DNA of 64,000 bases, from IMG/VR virus record IMGVR_UViG_3300021387_000074; one strand, 5' to 3'. How positions within the stretch are numbered: position 1 is the stretch's first letter; each line of letters begins with the position of its first letter. This document shows, in pieces, positions 9,403-18,553 of the stretch. This DNA comes from a virus (Duplodnaviria; Heunggongvirae; Uroviricota; Caudoviricetes). A model generated the notes under the pieces. The model did not search any database. It saw only the letters and a program-made list of their open reading frames with translations, and was not told the origin of the DNA. Made by a program: the position numbers and the translations under genes.

Positions 9403-9984
9403 CTATTCTTTTTTTGTCAACGGGAATCTTTTCTGCCACCAAGCAGATTTCATATTAAACAAGCCACTTTCTTCTAGTGTTTCTTTGTAGGCGTCTTTTA
9501 CTTCTTTCATTCCGAGTTCCCATTTGAAAGAGTTATTACACAGATAGTTAATCAATTCACCGCGCCAATCAGAATGAATGTTCTGAGATGCGCCAGTTAA
9601 GAACTCTGTTATTTTTTCTTTTTCGACACCTTTTACTACAATGTTTAATAGCTTCTTGTTAAGAAGTTCTAACTCTGGGAAATTGCCAGTGTTGCCAAGA
9701 ACATGGATTAATTCGTGCATAATATAATCCATTGCCTTGTCTTTTGAAACAGTTGCAAACATTGGTCTGTTAATATAAATCTTAGTGCCTTGTGTATAAG
9801 CCATAACGTTGCTTTTCTGCTTAAAATCTCTAAGCACTAAAGTTACATTAAAAAATCTATTTATTTTCTTTAAAAACATTGGTGAAAAAACTTGTTCCAT
9901 ATATCTATGAAATAAGTTGTCGAGTGCCTTTTCGCCACTATTTATTCTTAAATCTTCTGTAAAAACTGCATCTTCAAAGTTCAT
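9403..9984 (-). CDS. putative zinc metallopeptidase (HExxH)
   Basis: 'DYIMHELIHVLGNTG' HExxH motif. Otherwise unassigned. Confidence 0.4.
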   Translation of the reverse strand: MNFEDAVFTEDLRINSGEKALDNLFHRYMEQVFSPMFLKKINRFFNVTLVLRDFKQKSNVMAYTQGTKIYINRPMFATVSKDKAMDYIMHELIHVLGNTGNFPELELLNKKLLNIVVKGVEKEKITEFLTGASQNIHSDWRGELINYLCNNSFKWELGMKEVKDAYKETLEESGLFNMKSAWWQKRFPLTKKE

Positions 9985-9995
9985 ACTATTAACTT

Positions 9996-11009
9996 TTATT
10001 TTTTATCAACCAGGTGAGAACCGTCTAAACTTATATTATTCTTGCCATTATGTTTAACAAAGAACATATTTTCATCTGACATTTTTACGACTTGTTGCTC
10101 TGTTAAATAATCAGCATTCTGAGCAACGCCAATACTTAAAGTAATTCCAAACTGTTGATAGAATAAATTCTGAATGCTTTTTAGTTTATTAACAGTTTCT
10201 TGTGTATTAAGTCTTGAAAGAATTACAAACTCTTCTCCACCATATCTGTAAACCTTAAATTCATCACTACTTACAAATAAACAAATGTCTGCAAGTTTCT
10301 TTAGACACAAATCTCCAAATTGATGTCCATGCTCGTTATTACAATTATGGAAATCGTCTATATCTATCATAGCAATAAATCTAAAATGTTTTGTTTTTAA
10401 ATCTTCATCAAACTTTCTTCTATTATATAGTTGAGTTAACTCATCATGAAACGTTAAGTTTAGTAATCTTTTATTATAGGTAAAACTTACATTTGAAAAA
10501 AAGTAAGTAAATAAGAATACAAACATATAGCCAACTGAGAAACTCAAGTTGTAAAGAATAATATTTCTATTTTCCATTGTAAAAACATTTTTATCTATAT
10601 AATAAAAGATTGCCAAATACTCTATAAGAGTCAAAATAGGCGCGAACAAGTATCTCTTTTTACTTACCGATATTCCATAAGCAACTGGGGCTATAAACAA
10701 GTAAAAAACAAAAGAGCCCGACAATCCTTTTTTATCTGCTAATAAAATTAGTGGGAATAAAACATTTGTACAACCAGCAGTTAATAATATTGCTGTAATA
10801 GTGTATGGTATTTTTTTTCTAAAAAGCCAAATAATCAATTGAAAGCCTAAACAAATAGCAGTTGGTAAAGCGTTCCCATGATTAGATGCAAAAGTAAGCG
10901 ACAAAATTAAACCAACCGTATTAGATAAAATACCCGCAACCGCCAAGATGTTGACAATTACGGGTTCTATAGGTTTTAATGAATTGTTATTTTTAAATCT
11001 CTTTTTCAT
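9996..11009 (-). CDS. membrane-anchored GGDEF-domain diguanylate cyclase
   Basis: About 5 N-terminal TM helices. C-terminal 'DELTQLYNRRKF', 'DIDDFHNCNNEHGHQFGD', and active-site 'RYGGEEF' (GG[D/E]EF). Confidence 0.75.
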   Translation of the reverse strand: MKKRFKNNNSLKPIEPVIVNILAVAGILSNTVGLILSLTFASNHGNALPTAICLGFQLIIWLFRKKIPYTITAILLTAGCTNVLFPLILLADKKGLSGSFVFYLFIAPVAYGISVSKKRYLFAPILTLIEYLAIFYYIDKNVFTMENRNIILYNLSFSVGYMFVFLFTYFFSNVSFTYNKRLLNLTFHDELTQLYNRRKFDEDLKTKHFRFIAMIDIDDFHNCNNEHGHQFGDLCLKKLADICLFVSSDEFKVYRYGGEEFVILSRLNTQETVNKLKSIQNLFYQQFGITLSIGVAQNADYLTEQQVVKMSDENMFFVKHNGKNNISLDGSHLVDKK

Positions 11010-11014
11010 AGATA

Positions 11015-11503
11015 TTAACTTAAATTTTTAAACTCTTTTTCTGTATCATATTGCAGTTTAATACCATCATACAAACCTTTAACGAATTCATTGTTTTGCT
11101 CTGTGTCAGATACAGAATTTTCAACAGCGGCAGCTTGGGCAGCTCTCTGCTCTAAGAATAAAACATTTTCATAACGATAAAGTGTTAGATTTCTTTCTCT
11201 ATTACTTTTTTTAATAAAATGATGATATTTAAAATTATAAATAAGTGAATAACCAATTCTTATAAAACAAACCGCTAAAACCATAAAAGCAAATGAATTT
11301 ACTGCATTTGGCTTCATAAAAAGTGCAATTAATTCACTTATAAATAAACAAAGCATTAAAGCAAATGATGCTTTATACCATTCCACATTTTCTACATTTT
11401 TATACTTAAAAAGATAAAAACGAAAACGAGCGGAAGCATCATTGTATTCCTTTTTTCTTGTTTCGACAAGCGTTGAAATATCGTCTAAAAGTTTTTCTAT
11501 CAT
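11015..11503 (-). CDS. membrane protein
   Basis: Two hydrophobic helices ('FALMLCLFISELIALF', 'FAFMVLAVCFIRIGYSLIY'). Confidence 0.45.
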   Translation of the reverse strand: MIEKLLDDISTLVETRKKEYNDASARFRFYLFKYKNVENVEWYKASFALMLCLFISELIALFMKPNAVNSFAFMVLAVCFIRIGYSLIYNFKYHHFIKKSNRERNLTLYRYENVLFLEQRAAQAAAVENSVSDTEQNNEFVKGLYDGIKLQYDTEKEFKNLS

Positions 11504-11536
11504 AGTTTACCTCACTACAGAAATTATACCACAAAA

Positions 11537-12247
11537 TTAAAATTTTGTAAATACATCTGTTAATTTAAGAATATCATGATGCTTATCCCAGCAAGCATTA
11601 AAATAATTCTTTAGATCAACTGTCTTTGTAGGATCAGAGATTATTTCAGTATCAATATCGAGATTTGTTTGCTCAGTAATTCCTTCTGCTTTTACTCTTT
11701 CCATCATGGCAAAATTTTCACATTCATGGCAGAAATAATCCTCTGAAATATCAATATCATGAGTATGACCATAAATATTAACAAGATTACTTCCTGGAGC
11801 CAAATACACTGGCTCGTGACTCATTAAGAATTTATCTTCCAAAAGTATTGGAAATGGGAAAACTCTATCAAAACCAAGAGCAATAAATAACTCATATGGG
11901 CTGTTATATTTTCCCTTAAAATCATTTACTCTGAAATGCATTTCTCTGTCGTGATTTCCAAGAACAATCCAAAGTTTTTTGCCATTCTTCTTCATTCTGT
12001 CGATACAAGCCTTTAATGTATCGAAAGTTAAAGAGCTATTAAGAGCAATATCACCAAGGTTTATAATTGTTGAGCCTGCAGGCAATTTGTCGAACTGAGA
12101 AAGAATATCCTCGTTCATCTGCTTAACAGCCTCCCAAGTAAACTCGTAAGGTCTATTGCAATATTTAATTATATTTTTATGAAACAAGTGGCTATCACTT
12201 GTTAAGTAAAATTTATCCAAATTCATCTTTTTCTCCATAAACAACAA
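11537..12247 (-). CDS. calcineurin-like metallophosphoesterase
   Basis: 'INLGDIALNS', 'IVLGNHDRE', 'IYGHTHD' phosphoesterase motifs. Confidence 0.7.
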   Translation of the reverse strand: MLFMEKKMNLDKFYLTSDSHLFHKNIIKYCNRPYEFTWEAVKQMNEDILSQFDKLPAGSTIINLGDIALNSSLTFDTLKACIDRMKKNGKKLWIVLGNHDREMHFRVNDFKGKYNSPYELFIALGFDRVFPFPILLEDKFLMSHEPVYLAPGSNLVNIYGHTHDIDISEDYFCHECENFAMMERVKAEGITEQTNLDIDTEIISDPTKTVDLKNYFNACWDKHHDILKLTDVFTKF

Positions 12248-12270
12248 AAGGCGCCGAAGCGCCTTTATTA

Positions 12271-12711
12271 TTAAACTTCAATTTCGTTATCTTTTAAGAA
12301 CTGTTTATAGCTTTCAAGGTTTGCTTCCATTGCTTTTAGTTCCTGTTTGTAAAGTTCAACGTTTGGCTTTGTAATATCAAAATCTTTGCAGAACTGCTTA
12401 ATGTCTTTAATATCAAAGACTGCACCATTTATTTCAGCACCTTTCTTATAAGTTTCAACTGGGTCTCCCCAATTTTCTGGCTTTACAAAAAATGCGCGTG
12501 CAGCCTCCTGACGATTGCAAATTAAGTTAGCAACCAAACCAGGATAAACAGCCCCTCTTTCTTTTTCGAATGTAAAAGCAGCACCGTCAATCGCTACCTT
12601 CTGTCCATTAAGAACTATTTCACCTTTTGCCAAATAAACAATTCCATCTTTCTTTTCACTCAGGTCGCGAAGTTCTTCTGCATACTTATTAAGTTCTTCT
12701 TTTGTAAGCAT
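12271..12711 (-). CDS. hypothetical protein
   Basis: ORF with a downstream GC hairpin terminator at 12248-12265. Confidence 0.5.
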   Translation of the reverse strand: MLTKEELNKYAEELRDLSEKKDGIVYLAKGEIVLNGQKVAIDGAAFTFEKERGAVYPGLVANLICNRQEAARAFFVKPENWGDPVETYKKGAEINGAVFDIKDIKQFCKDFDITKPNVELYKQELKAMEANLESYKQFLKDNEIEV

Positions 12712-12741
12712 TCAATTCTCCTTTTTTATAAGAAAATTATA

Positions 12742-13596
12742 TCATGCAGTTTCTACTTTGTCAAGTGCTTCTTCACTAAAACTTTGAACGTGTTCAGCCT
12801 CATCGAAAGAATTAACATAGTTATCAATATTAAATTTATATTCCTTTTCAGAAATACGAACAAATCCAAAAGCTTCTTCCAAGAATTTAATATTTGCTCT
12901 TTCTGCGCATTCGACAATCATATCATCAAATGGTTTACCATATAACTGATGGAATCTAAGTGCTTTTTCTTTATTAAAAGCATCTTTGTCTTCTATATTA
13001 TAGAAGCGCCATTGTCCATCTCCATCAAGAAATGCCCCTGAACTATCTTCTGTAAACCATTCGCCAGTTTCTTCTTCTTTATACCAATACTCACCCCAAA
13101 GATCATTAGCCATTTGATAAGCTTCATCTGAATACTGATCAAATTCGTTTAAGTCAAAACTTTGATCTGTGATGTAACCTTCACCACAATACACTGGCCC
13201 CTGTTCTTCTGAGTATTTATATTCAATTCCAATTCCTTTAGGTAATTTACTTACAAGTTTTTCAAGAACTGGAAGTGGTGGAGACCAAGCAGTCTGAAAC
13301 CAAAGTTCATTACCTTCAAACGATACTTCGTAAGCGTTCCATTTTGTTCCCCATTCTTTACACTGAAACTCATACCAATTTAGCCAAGGTCTTTCTTCAT
13401 CTTCTTGTATATGGGCTGCAGCTGGGTTTTCGCAAATATATTCTTGTGGACATTCTTCTTTGGTTTTTGGAAATGGAACAATCCATTCAAACCTAAATCC
13501 GTCTTCTTCTGTCCAACCTGGCTTTAAAGCGTTCATAACTTTTTCAAGACTTTCTCTTGAACTGAACGTTAAAACATTTTGAACATGATTAGGCAT
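12742..13596 (-). CDS. hypothetical protein (Trp/acidic-rich)
   Basis: 284-aa ORF. No motif recognised. Confidence 0.5.
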   Translation of the reverse strand: MPNHVQNVLTFSSRESLEKVMNALKPGWTEEDGFRFEWIVPFPKTKEECPQEYICENPAAAHIQEDEERPWLNWYEFQCKEWGTKWNAYEVSFEGNELWFQTAWSPPLPVLEKLVSKLPKGIGIEYKYSEEQGPVYCGEGYITDQSFDLNEFDQYSDEAYQMANDLWGEYWYKEEETGEWFTEDSSGAFLDGDGQWRFYNIEDKDAFNKEKALRFHQLYGKPFDDMIVECAERANIKFLEEAFGFVRISEKEYKFNIDNYVNSFDEAEHVQSFSEEALDKVETA

Positions 13597-14012
13597 TATT
13601 TCTCCTTCTCTTTAAGTTCATTCAATTTTACAAAGTAATCGTAAGCGTCATCAATAGAGTTGATTTTAAATTCTTCTCCATTAAGACCAATTTCTGTCGG
13701 GAATGTAAAATCATTTTCCCACATCCACCAAGATGCTCCCTCTTCTGATTCGCCACAGTCTATGAGGATTTCTTTAAGCATCTGTCTTACACCATCGAGC
13801 GGCCAGTACAACCAAACAGACCCATCATAGATAGGTTTATCTGTTTCAAAATCTGTATTAAGTAAGTTTTCTAACTTGGTATTAAAATCATCAGTTTTCT
13901 CATCGAACTTTTTATAAAGTTCTATAATTTTCTTAAACGCTTCTCTTCCAATCATTTTGGTTCCTCCGTAAACATTTAATTCCAAGAAATTACTATTTCT
14001 TGCTCTGTCCAA
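13596..14012 (-). CDS. hypothetical protein
   Basis: ORF. Its stop overlaps the next start. Confidence 0.45.
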   Translation of the reverse strand: MDRARNSNFLELNVYGGTKMIGREAFKKIIELYKKFDEKTDDFNTKLENLLNTDFETDKPIYDGSVWLYWPLDGVRQMLKEILIDCGESEEGASWWMWENDFTFPTEIGLNGEEFKINSIDDAYDYFVKLNELKEKEK

Positions 14013-14248
14013 TTAAACTCAACTTCAATTGATTGTTCAGAGCAGAAATCAGCTAATATAATTTCATTTTCAAGTAAATCTTTAAAGAATTTGAAAGTTT
14101 CTTCATCGTTATATACAATGCAATCAGCTCCACCAAGAGCTGCGCCCTTTAATTCATCCATGTGCTCATCAAACCAATCTTTGATTTTCTGCTTGGCATC
14201 TTCTACCGCACCATCTCTGATACCTCTCAATTCTGCACCAATTGTCAT
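13976..14248 (-). CDS. hypothetical protein
   Basis: 90-aa ORF overlapping its neighbours by a few codons. Confidence 0.4.
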   Translation of the reverse strand: MTIGAELRGIRDGAVEDAKQKIKDWFDEHMDELKGAALGGADCIVYNDEETFKFFKDLLENEIILADFCSEQSIEVEFNWTEQEIVISWN

Positions 14249-14574
14249 TATGCTGCCTCCATAAGTTCTTTTAAGTTCTTAGAACCGTGAGAAAGATCTT
14301 GAGAACCAATCCAAGTATATTTTTCGTAATCAATGGAATCTATGTCTACCATTGGTACAATTTTTGGTATAATTAAAGTGAGGCAAGCCTCTGTATCACC
14401 GCAAGGAAAATTAAAGATAGGATCAATTGTGTAATGAACTTTGTGAATTGATACACATTTGTCTTTTGTATATCCCCAAATAGACTTAATAGCCCCTTCG
14501 CCTGAAAAGTCATTGCCATTACCGTCCTGCCAGTGCTGCTGTTCCAAAAACTCTAAAACTTCTGTTTTATTCAT
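14248..14574 (-). CDS. hypothetical protein
   Basis: 108-aa ORF. Confidence 0.45.
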   Translation of the reverse strand: MNKTEVLEFLEQQHWQDGNGNDFSGEGAIKSIWGYTKDKCVSIHKVHYTIDPIFNFPCGDTEACLTLIIPKIVPMVDIDSIDYEKYTWIGSQDLSHGSKNLKELMEAA

Positions 14575-14577
14575 AGT

Positions 14578-14871
14578 TTACTCCTCTTCGTCAAATCTTC
14601 CTTTACATTCTTCGCGACTTGGATTGCTTTTGCTACAAGTGTATTTCTTTGGGCACTCGTCGCAATCAAGTAATTCTTTTTTCTGTGTCGGTTCTTTCCA
14701 AATCTTTTCGCAACCTTTTAATGCAGCAAAATAAAATACCATAAATATCGCAAAAACAAGTAGGAAATTAAGAATTGGATTCTGAACAAAATCTTCTAAA
14801 AGTCTTTGAGTTATATAACCAAATAACATAGCATACCAACCGCCATTAAAATAAACAATTTCTTTTCTCAT
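14578..14871 (-). CDS. small membrane protein with Cys-rich C-terminus
   Basis: TM helix 'ILNFLLVFAIFMVFYFAAL', then a CDECPKKYTCSKSNPSREEC segment. Confidence 0.4.
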   Translation of the reverse strand: MRKEIVYFNGGWYAMLFGYITQRLLEDFVQNPILNFLLVFAIFMVFYFAALKGCEKIWKEPTQKKELLDCDECPKKYTCSKSNPSREECKGRFDEEE

Positions 14872-14942
14872 ATTTTCCTCACTAGAAAAATTATATCATG
14901 AAAACTAAAAAAAGTAAAGCCTGGCGTTTAGCCAGGCTCGTT

Positions 14943-15578
14943 TTATGAATTACATAATAATATGTAGGTTTTTAATACTCTATCTCGATAATCAATAGTA
15001 GATTGCGGAATGTCGCCCGCCACGACTGGCGCGGGTCCAGCGTTATAAGCAGCAATTACTTTCTCAACATCTCCATCGAAATCTTTATAAAGGTCGTTGA
15101 TTAAGTGAAGCGCAACCCAAGTATTATGTTGCCAATTACTCCAATCAAAACTCATATTTGAATCATACTTGTCAAAAGGCCAGTATAAACCAGCGAAGTA
15201 AAGTTGATAAGCAGAATTAAGTTGGAACATTCCATTATCAGTTGTTCCATTTGCATTTACATTAACAGCATAAGGATTTTGCTTTGGATTCTCGTGTAAT
15301 AGAATCGCCACCGCAAGATTGTTATTGCCTTTCATTGGCTTGTTAACTTCTATTATGTAATAAGCAACTTCATCTCTTACTAAATCTTTATAAGGGTTTT
15401 CCCAATTAATAGGAATTTCAATTGTTTTAGAATCTGTAAAAGATGCTTGTCCAATTTTTTTAACTGTGATTATATGTCCTGCAAGGAAAGTTCCTAAGAA
15501 CAAAACAACAACCGCGAGCCAACAAACAATTTGTCTCGCAACAATTTTTTTATTTATATATTTTTCGCAGTAAAGCAT
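14943..15578 (-). CDS. membrane-anchored lysozyme/lytic transglycosylase-like protein
   Basis: N-terminal TM helix. 'LLHENPKQNPYAVNVNANGTTDNGMFQLNS' resembles the catalytic Glu plus 'GLMQ/DYGxFQIN' region of GH23/lysozyme-like enzymes. Confidence 0.5.
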   Translation of the reverse strand: MLYCEKYINKKIVARQIVCWLAVVVLFLGTFLAGHIITVKKIGQASFTDSKTIEIPINWENPYKDLVRDEVAYYIIEVNKPMKGNNNLAVAILLHENPKQNPYAVNVNANGTTDNGMFQLNSAYQLYFAGLYWPFDKYDSNMSFDWSNWQHNTWVALHLINDLYKDFDGDVEKVIAAYNAGPAPVVAGDIPQSTIDYRDRVLKTYILLCNS

Positions 15579-15967
15579 TAATCTGTATCACCATTTTCGT
15601 CACAACATTTGTCTTGTTGCGTATACATATTATTTGCAGTAGAGCTAAACAAATCATTCGCATCATACTTAGCTGTTCCACTAGTTCTATAAAGAACTGG
15701 CTGATTAGGATCATAAACATTATTGTTAGTTGCTACTTGCAAGCTTCCCCACCAAGGCTGTTGAGTAATTGGTTTAATTGGGTCGTTATATATATTTGGT
15801 GTATTATTACCAAAAATAGAATCTCCACTTTTTTCAATTGCTCTTATAATTTTGAGTTTGTCATCTGTTGATAAACTCTCACAATTCATAACTCTTTTTT
15901 CGAGTCCCGTCTTTTCGTCGTCTCCACTTGTGAAGTCTTGAACATACTTTTTTTGTTCGTCTGACAT
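15578..15967 (-). CDS. hypothetical protein
   Basis: 129-aa ORF. Confidence 0.45.
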   Translation of the reverse strand: MSDEQKKYVQDFTSGDDEKTGLEKRVMNCESLSTDDKLKIIRAIEKSGDSIFGNNTPNIYNDPIKPITQQPWWGSLQVATNNNVYDPNQPVLYRTSGTAKYDANDLFSSTANNMYTQQDKCCDENGDTD

Positions 15968-16426
15968 TTAATCTCCTTTATTTATCTTAACAAACTCCTG
16001 CTCAGTGATTTCAGTCCATTCTTTAATATAGTGCTCATCAACAACAAACAATTTCTTTCCATCAGACATAAGCCAATCATTATGAAAAACATAAAGTGTC
16101 TGTTCATAATGCTCGTCGTAAGTTCCATCAGGATTTCTTGAAGAGGTTCCAGCCTGAACAATGATGACTTTCATATTGTCTATCATTTGTTCCATAGAAC
16201 AAAGTTCTCCATTCTCGTTTGTAAACAAAAGTTGAACACCACTTGAGTCTCGGAACTGCTCATGAATAATAACATCTTTTACTAATAAATCACAGAATTC
16301 ATAATTCATTCCGTCAGTGCAGTAATCGTTGTTATAACAAATGCCCTTAAATACTTTATCGCCCCTTTTGAAAAATTTAGTATATGATTCCATATCCTTT
16401 TTCCAATCGTTATAAGCATTGCTCAT
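15968..16426 (-). CDS. hypothetical protein
   Basis: 152-aa ORF. Confidence 0.5.
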   Translation of the reverse strand: MSNAYNDWKKDMESYTKFFKRGDKVFKGICYNNDYCTDGMNYEFCDLLVKDVIIHEQFRDSSGVQLLFTNENGELCSMEQMIDNMKVIIVQAGTSSRNPDGTYDEHYEQTLYVFHNDWLMSDGKKLFVVDEHYIKEWTEITEQEFVKINKGD

Positions 16427-16496
16427 AGTTTTACCTCTGAATGTTAAGATTTATTTTATTATATTATATCAAGAAAGGATTAAAAAGTCAAGAGAA

Positions 16497-16566
16497 AGCC
16501 CGCCACGGAATCGAACCGTGCCTCTTGGTTTTGCAGACCAGCCACTACCCAGCAATGTCGCGAGCG
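16497..16566 (-). tRNA. tRNA-Cys (GCA)
   Basis: Reverse complement folds with T-arm CACGG-TTCGATT-CCGTG, anticodon loop CUGCAAA and D-stem CATT/AGTG. Positions 1 and 72 are mismatched. Confidence 0.55.
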
Positions 16567-16569
16567 TTA

Positions 16570-16639
16570 GCCACATGTAGGAGTCGAACCCACCTCTCTT
16601 GATTACAGGTCAAGCCCTCAACCGATAAGACAATGTGGC
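16570..16639 (-). tRNA. tRNA-Thr (UGU)
   Basis: Acceptor GCCACAT/ATGTGGC, T-loop TTCGACT, anticodon loop CCUGUAA. Position 33 is C rather than U. Confidence 0.55.
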
Positions 16640-16649
16640 ATAAAAAAGT

Positions 16650-16720
16650 CAGCTATATAGGATTTGAACCTACAACATTCACATTAAGAGTGTGCTGCTC
16701 TACCGTTGAGCTAATAGCCG
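16650..16720 (-). tRNA. tRNA-Lys (CUU)
   Basis: D-arm GCTC-AACGGTA-GAGC, anticodon loop CUCUUAA, T-loop TTCAAAT. Acceptor paired, with one G-U. Confidence 0.6.
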
Positions 16721-16725
16721 ATAGT

Positions 16726-16797
16726 GTGTCCAATGGGATTCGAACCCATCCTAAAAGATCCACAATCTTTTGTGCTAACCGCTAACACTATGGATAC
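16726..16797 (-). tRNA. tRNA-His (GUG)
   Basis: Anticodon arm AAAGA-UUGUGGA-UCUUU. T-arm ATGGG-TTCGAAT-CCCAT. Confidence 0.65.
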
Positions 16798-16800
16798 AGT

Positions 16801-16871
16801 CGTTCCCGTAGGACTTGAACCTACAACCTCCGTCTTGTAAGGGCGGCACTCTACCATTGAGTTAGAGAACG
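16801..16871 (-). tRNA. tRNA-Val (UAC)
   Basis: D-arm ACTC-AATGGTA-GAGT, anticodon loop CUUACAA, T-loop TTCAAGT. Confidence 0.6.
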
Positions 16872-16878
16872 AAATTGC

Positions 16879-16950
16879 GTGAGTAGAGAGAATCGAACTC
16901 CCGTTCATTTGGTTCGTAGCCAAAGGCACTATCCATTATACCATACTCAC
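16879..16950 (-). tRNA. tRNA-Arg (ACG)
   Basis: Acceptor GTGAGTA/TACTCAC. Anticodon arm TTTGG-CUACGAA-CCAAA. T-loop TTCGATT. Confidence 0.65.
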
Positions 16951-16954
16951 ATAT

Positions 16955-17024
16955 TCCTCCACAAGGACTCGAACCCTGCCTAAATCATCCAGAGTGATTT
17001 GTGCTACCACTACACTACGGAGAA
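16955..17024 (-). tRNA. tRNA-Gln (CUG)
   Basis: Anticodon arm AATCA-CUCUGGA-TGATT, D-stem GTGT/GCAC, T-loop TTCGAGT. Confidence 0.6.
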
Positions 17025-17034
17025 ATGTATAAAT

Positions 17035-17106
17035 GAGCTCGGCGGGGATCGAACCCACGACCCTAACATTAAAAGTGTTATGCTCTACCAATTGAGCTAC
17101 GAGCCC
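17035..17106 (-). tRNA. tRNA-Lys (UUU)
   Basis: Acceptor GGGCTCG/CGAGCTC. D-arm GCTC-AATTGGTA-GAGC. Anticodon loop CUUUUAA. T-arm GTGGG-TTCGATC-CCCGC. Confidence 0.75.
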
Positions 17107-17252
17107 GTATGCTGAATCTTTGTGCCGACCAAAGTTTCTTCCCTTTATGAGGGGGAATAGGAGCCGTCCTACCACTCAGCAAATTTGGCGAGGTGTATAG
17201 ATACATTAACAGTGTATTGCTTCATCAGCATAGGAACACCTTTTGCCATAGC

Positions 17253-17323
17253 CCAGAGGGTAGGACTCGAACCTACAACCCTCGGATCTTCAATCCACCG
17301 CGCCACCGTTGCGCCACCTCTGG
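17253..17323 (-). tRNA. tRNA-Phe (GAA)
   Basis: Acceptor CCAGAGG/CCTCTGG. D-arm GCGC-AACGGTG-GCGC. Anticodon loop UUGAAGA. T-arm GTAGG-TTCGAGT-CCTAC. Confidence 0.7.
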
Positions 17324-17328
17324 ATAAA

Positions 17329-17360
17329 ATAAAAAAGGCTTAGTATTTCTACTAAGCCTT
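17329..17360 (-). terminator. hairpin plus U-run (minus strand) immediately 5' of tRNA-Phe
   Basis: The minus strand reads AAGGCTTAGTAGAAATACTAAGCCTTTTTTATTTTAT. Confidence 0.5.
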
Positions 17361-17944
17361 CAAAACAAAATACAAGTTTTTCTACATTATCACTTGATAT
17401 TTTCTCCTGAAGACTCAGCAATATGTTTACACATAAAGACTGTGTGCTGTTTATGAGTAGTTTTAGTTGTCTTTGTAAATACTGTTGTAAACATATTCTT
17501 TTCTCCTATAAAATTAACTTGTAAGTGGGCGATAAGAAGTGACTTCTCAATTTTCTCATTCTTGTTTGCTCGCGACGCAAGATTCCATTTGATATGGAAG
17601 GCCCTTAAGCGCATTTCTGCCACGAGAAAACCGAAAAGCCAATTCACTTTTAAGGTCTTCAACCGCCATTTCTAGACAATGACAACCACAATTCACCGCC
17701 TATTCAGGTTGTCATAAGATGTTATACTCAGGGTCTGCTAAAAGACGGCAACCGACTATCCAATAAAAGTCAGATAGCACTTTATTTGTATAACAAATTC
17801 GATAACTTAATCAACTAGCCCTCGGAAATCGGGTCGTAAATCCGAAACGTTAGCCCCTAAGGCTACTGTGTTACTCTTACACCATTTCCTTCTTGTCGGG
17901 AGCCTATCCCCGCAATACTTCTTTACTAAGTTATCTAGCAAGGT

Positions 17945-18020
17945 CTCGGGTGACCGAATCGAACAGTCCCGATGTCCAGCTTATGAGGCTGGTGAGCCAC
18001 AACCAGTGCTCCAACCCGAA
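17945..18020 (-). tRNA. tRNA-Met/Ile2 (CAU)
   Basis: Anticodon arm CCAGC-CUCAUAA-GCTGG. D-stem GAGC/GCTC. T-arm GACTG-TTCGATT-CGGTC. Confidence 0.6.
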
Positions 18021-18107
18021 ACGAATAAATTCTTTATGTAATTATCTTATCATAAAGAATAAAATTTGTCAAGCGATGTGTTTACCCAATCGCTTAATGG
18101 GTTTAGT

Positions 18108-18182
18108 CGAGGTCGCAGGAGTTGAACCTGCCTGAACCAACTACCCTTTCAACACCTTATCAGAGTGAGGGGATACACCTCG
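18108..18182 (-). tRNA. tRNA-like element (anticodon not resolved)
   Basis: T-arm GCAGG-TTCAACT-CCTGC and a 6-bp acceptor pairing. The interior could not be folded canonically by eye. Confidence 0.35.
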
Positions 18183-18481
18183 GAAGGAAAGTCCTGTGTG
18201 GTGAAACTTACAGTATACCTTTATCATTTTCTGGCTTATCCCTTAAGGGTTTGCGTAAGCCTTTATTTAGGTGGCATGAACGTTATCCGCCGACAACTTC
18301 CACCACTACCTTTAATCAGGGTAGCATATTCGTATAATTCATCAACTACTTTAACGCGCGTAATTTTAGTTGATTACTCCGAATAACTTTTGTGTAGGTA
18401 ATTACGCTTTAAGAAAAACTCCTACACGCGTTTTTCTCTGCGTAGCATTTAACCTTGCGTAAGGTGGATTTTCTCCCGATT

Positions 18482-18553
18482 AGTTCTTGCGGGGATCGAA
18501 CCCACTCCTCCACCTTGAAAGGGTGGCGACTCAACCTTTTTGTCCTAAGAACC
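18482..18553 (-). tRNA. tRNA-Glu (UUC)
   Basis: Anticodon arm CCACC-CUUUCAA-GGTGG. T-arm GTGGG-TTCGATC-CCCGC. Acceptor GGTTCTT/AAGAACT. Confidence 0.6.

Noticed and set aside
16711-17175. 72- and 79-aa ORFs at 16711..16929 and 16936..17175
   Set aside because: They overlap six consecutive, well-folding tRNA genes. The higher-GC tRNA sequence opens reading frames by chance.
17107-17250. Sigma-54 promoter reading of the TGGCAC-N5-GTTCC part of the bipartite box
   Set aside because: It has a GG at the -24-like position, but the -12 element does not match TTGCW. No RpoN-dependent context or enhancer-binding protein is evident, so it is kept as an unclassified conserved box.
18165-18200. RNase P RNA-like 'GGAAGGAAAGTCC...CTTACAG' motifs
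   Set aside because: The P4-like 5' and 3' consensus fragments are only about 20 nt apart on the plus strand, whereas in RNase P RNA they are separated by about 250 nt of conserved structure. This is a chance resemblance.
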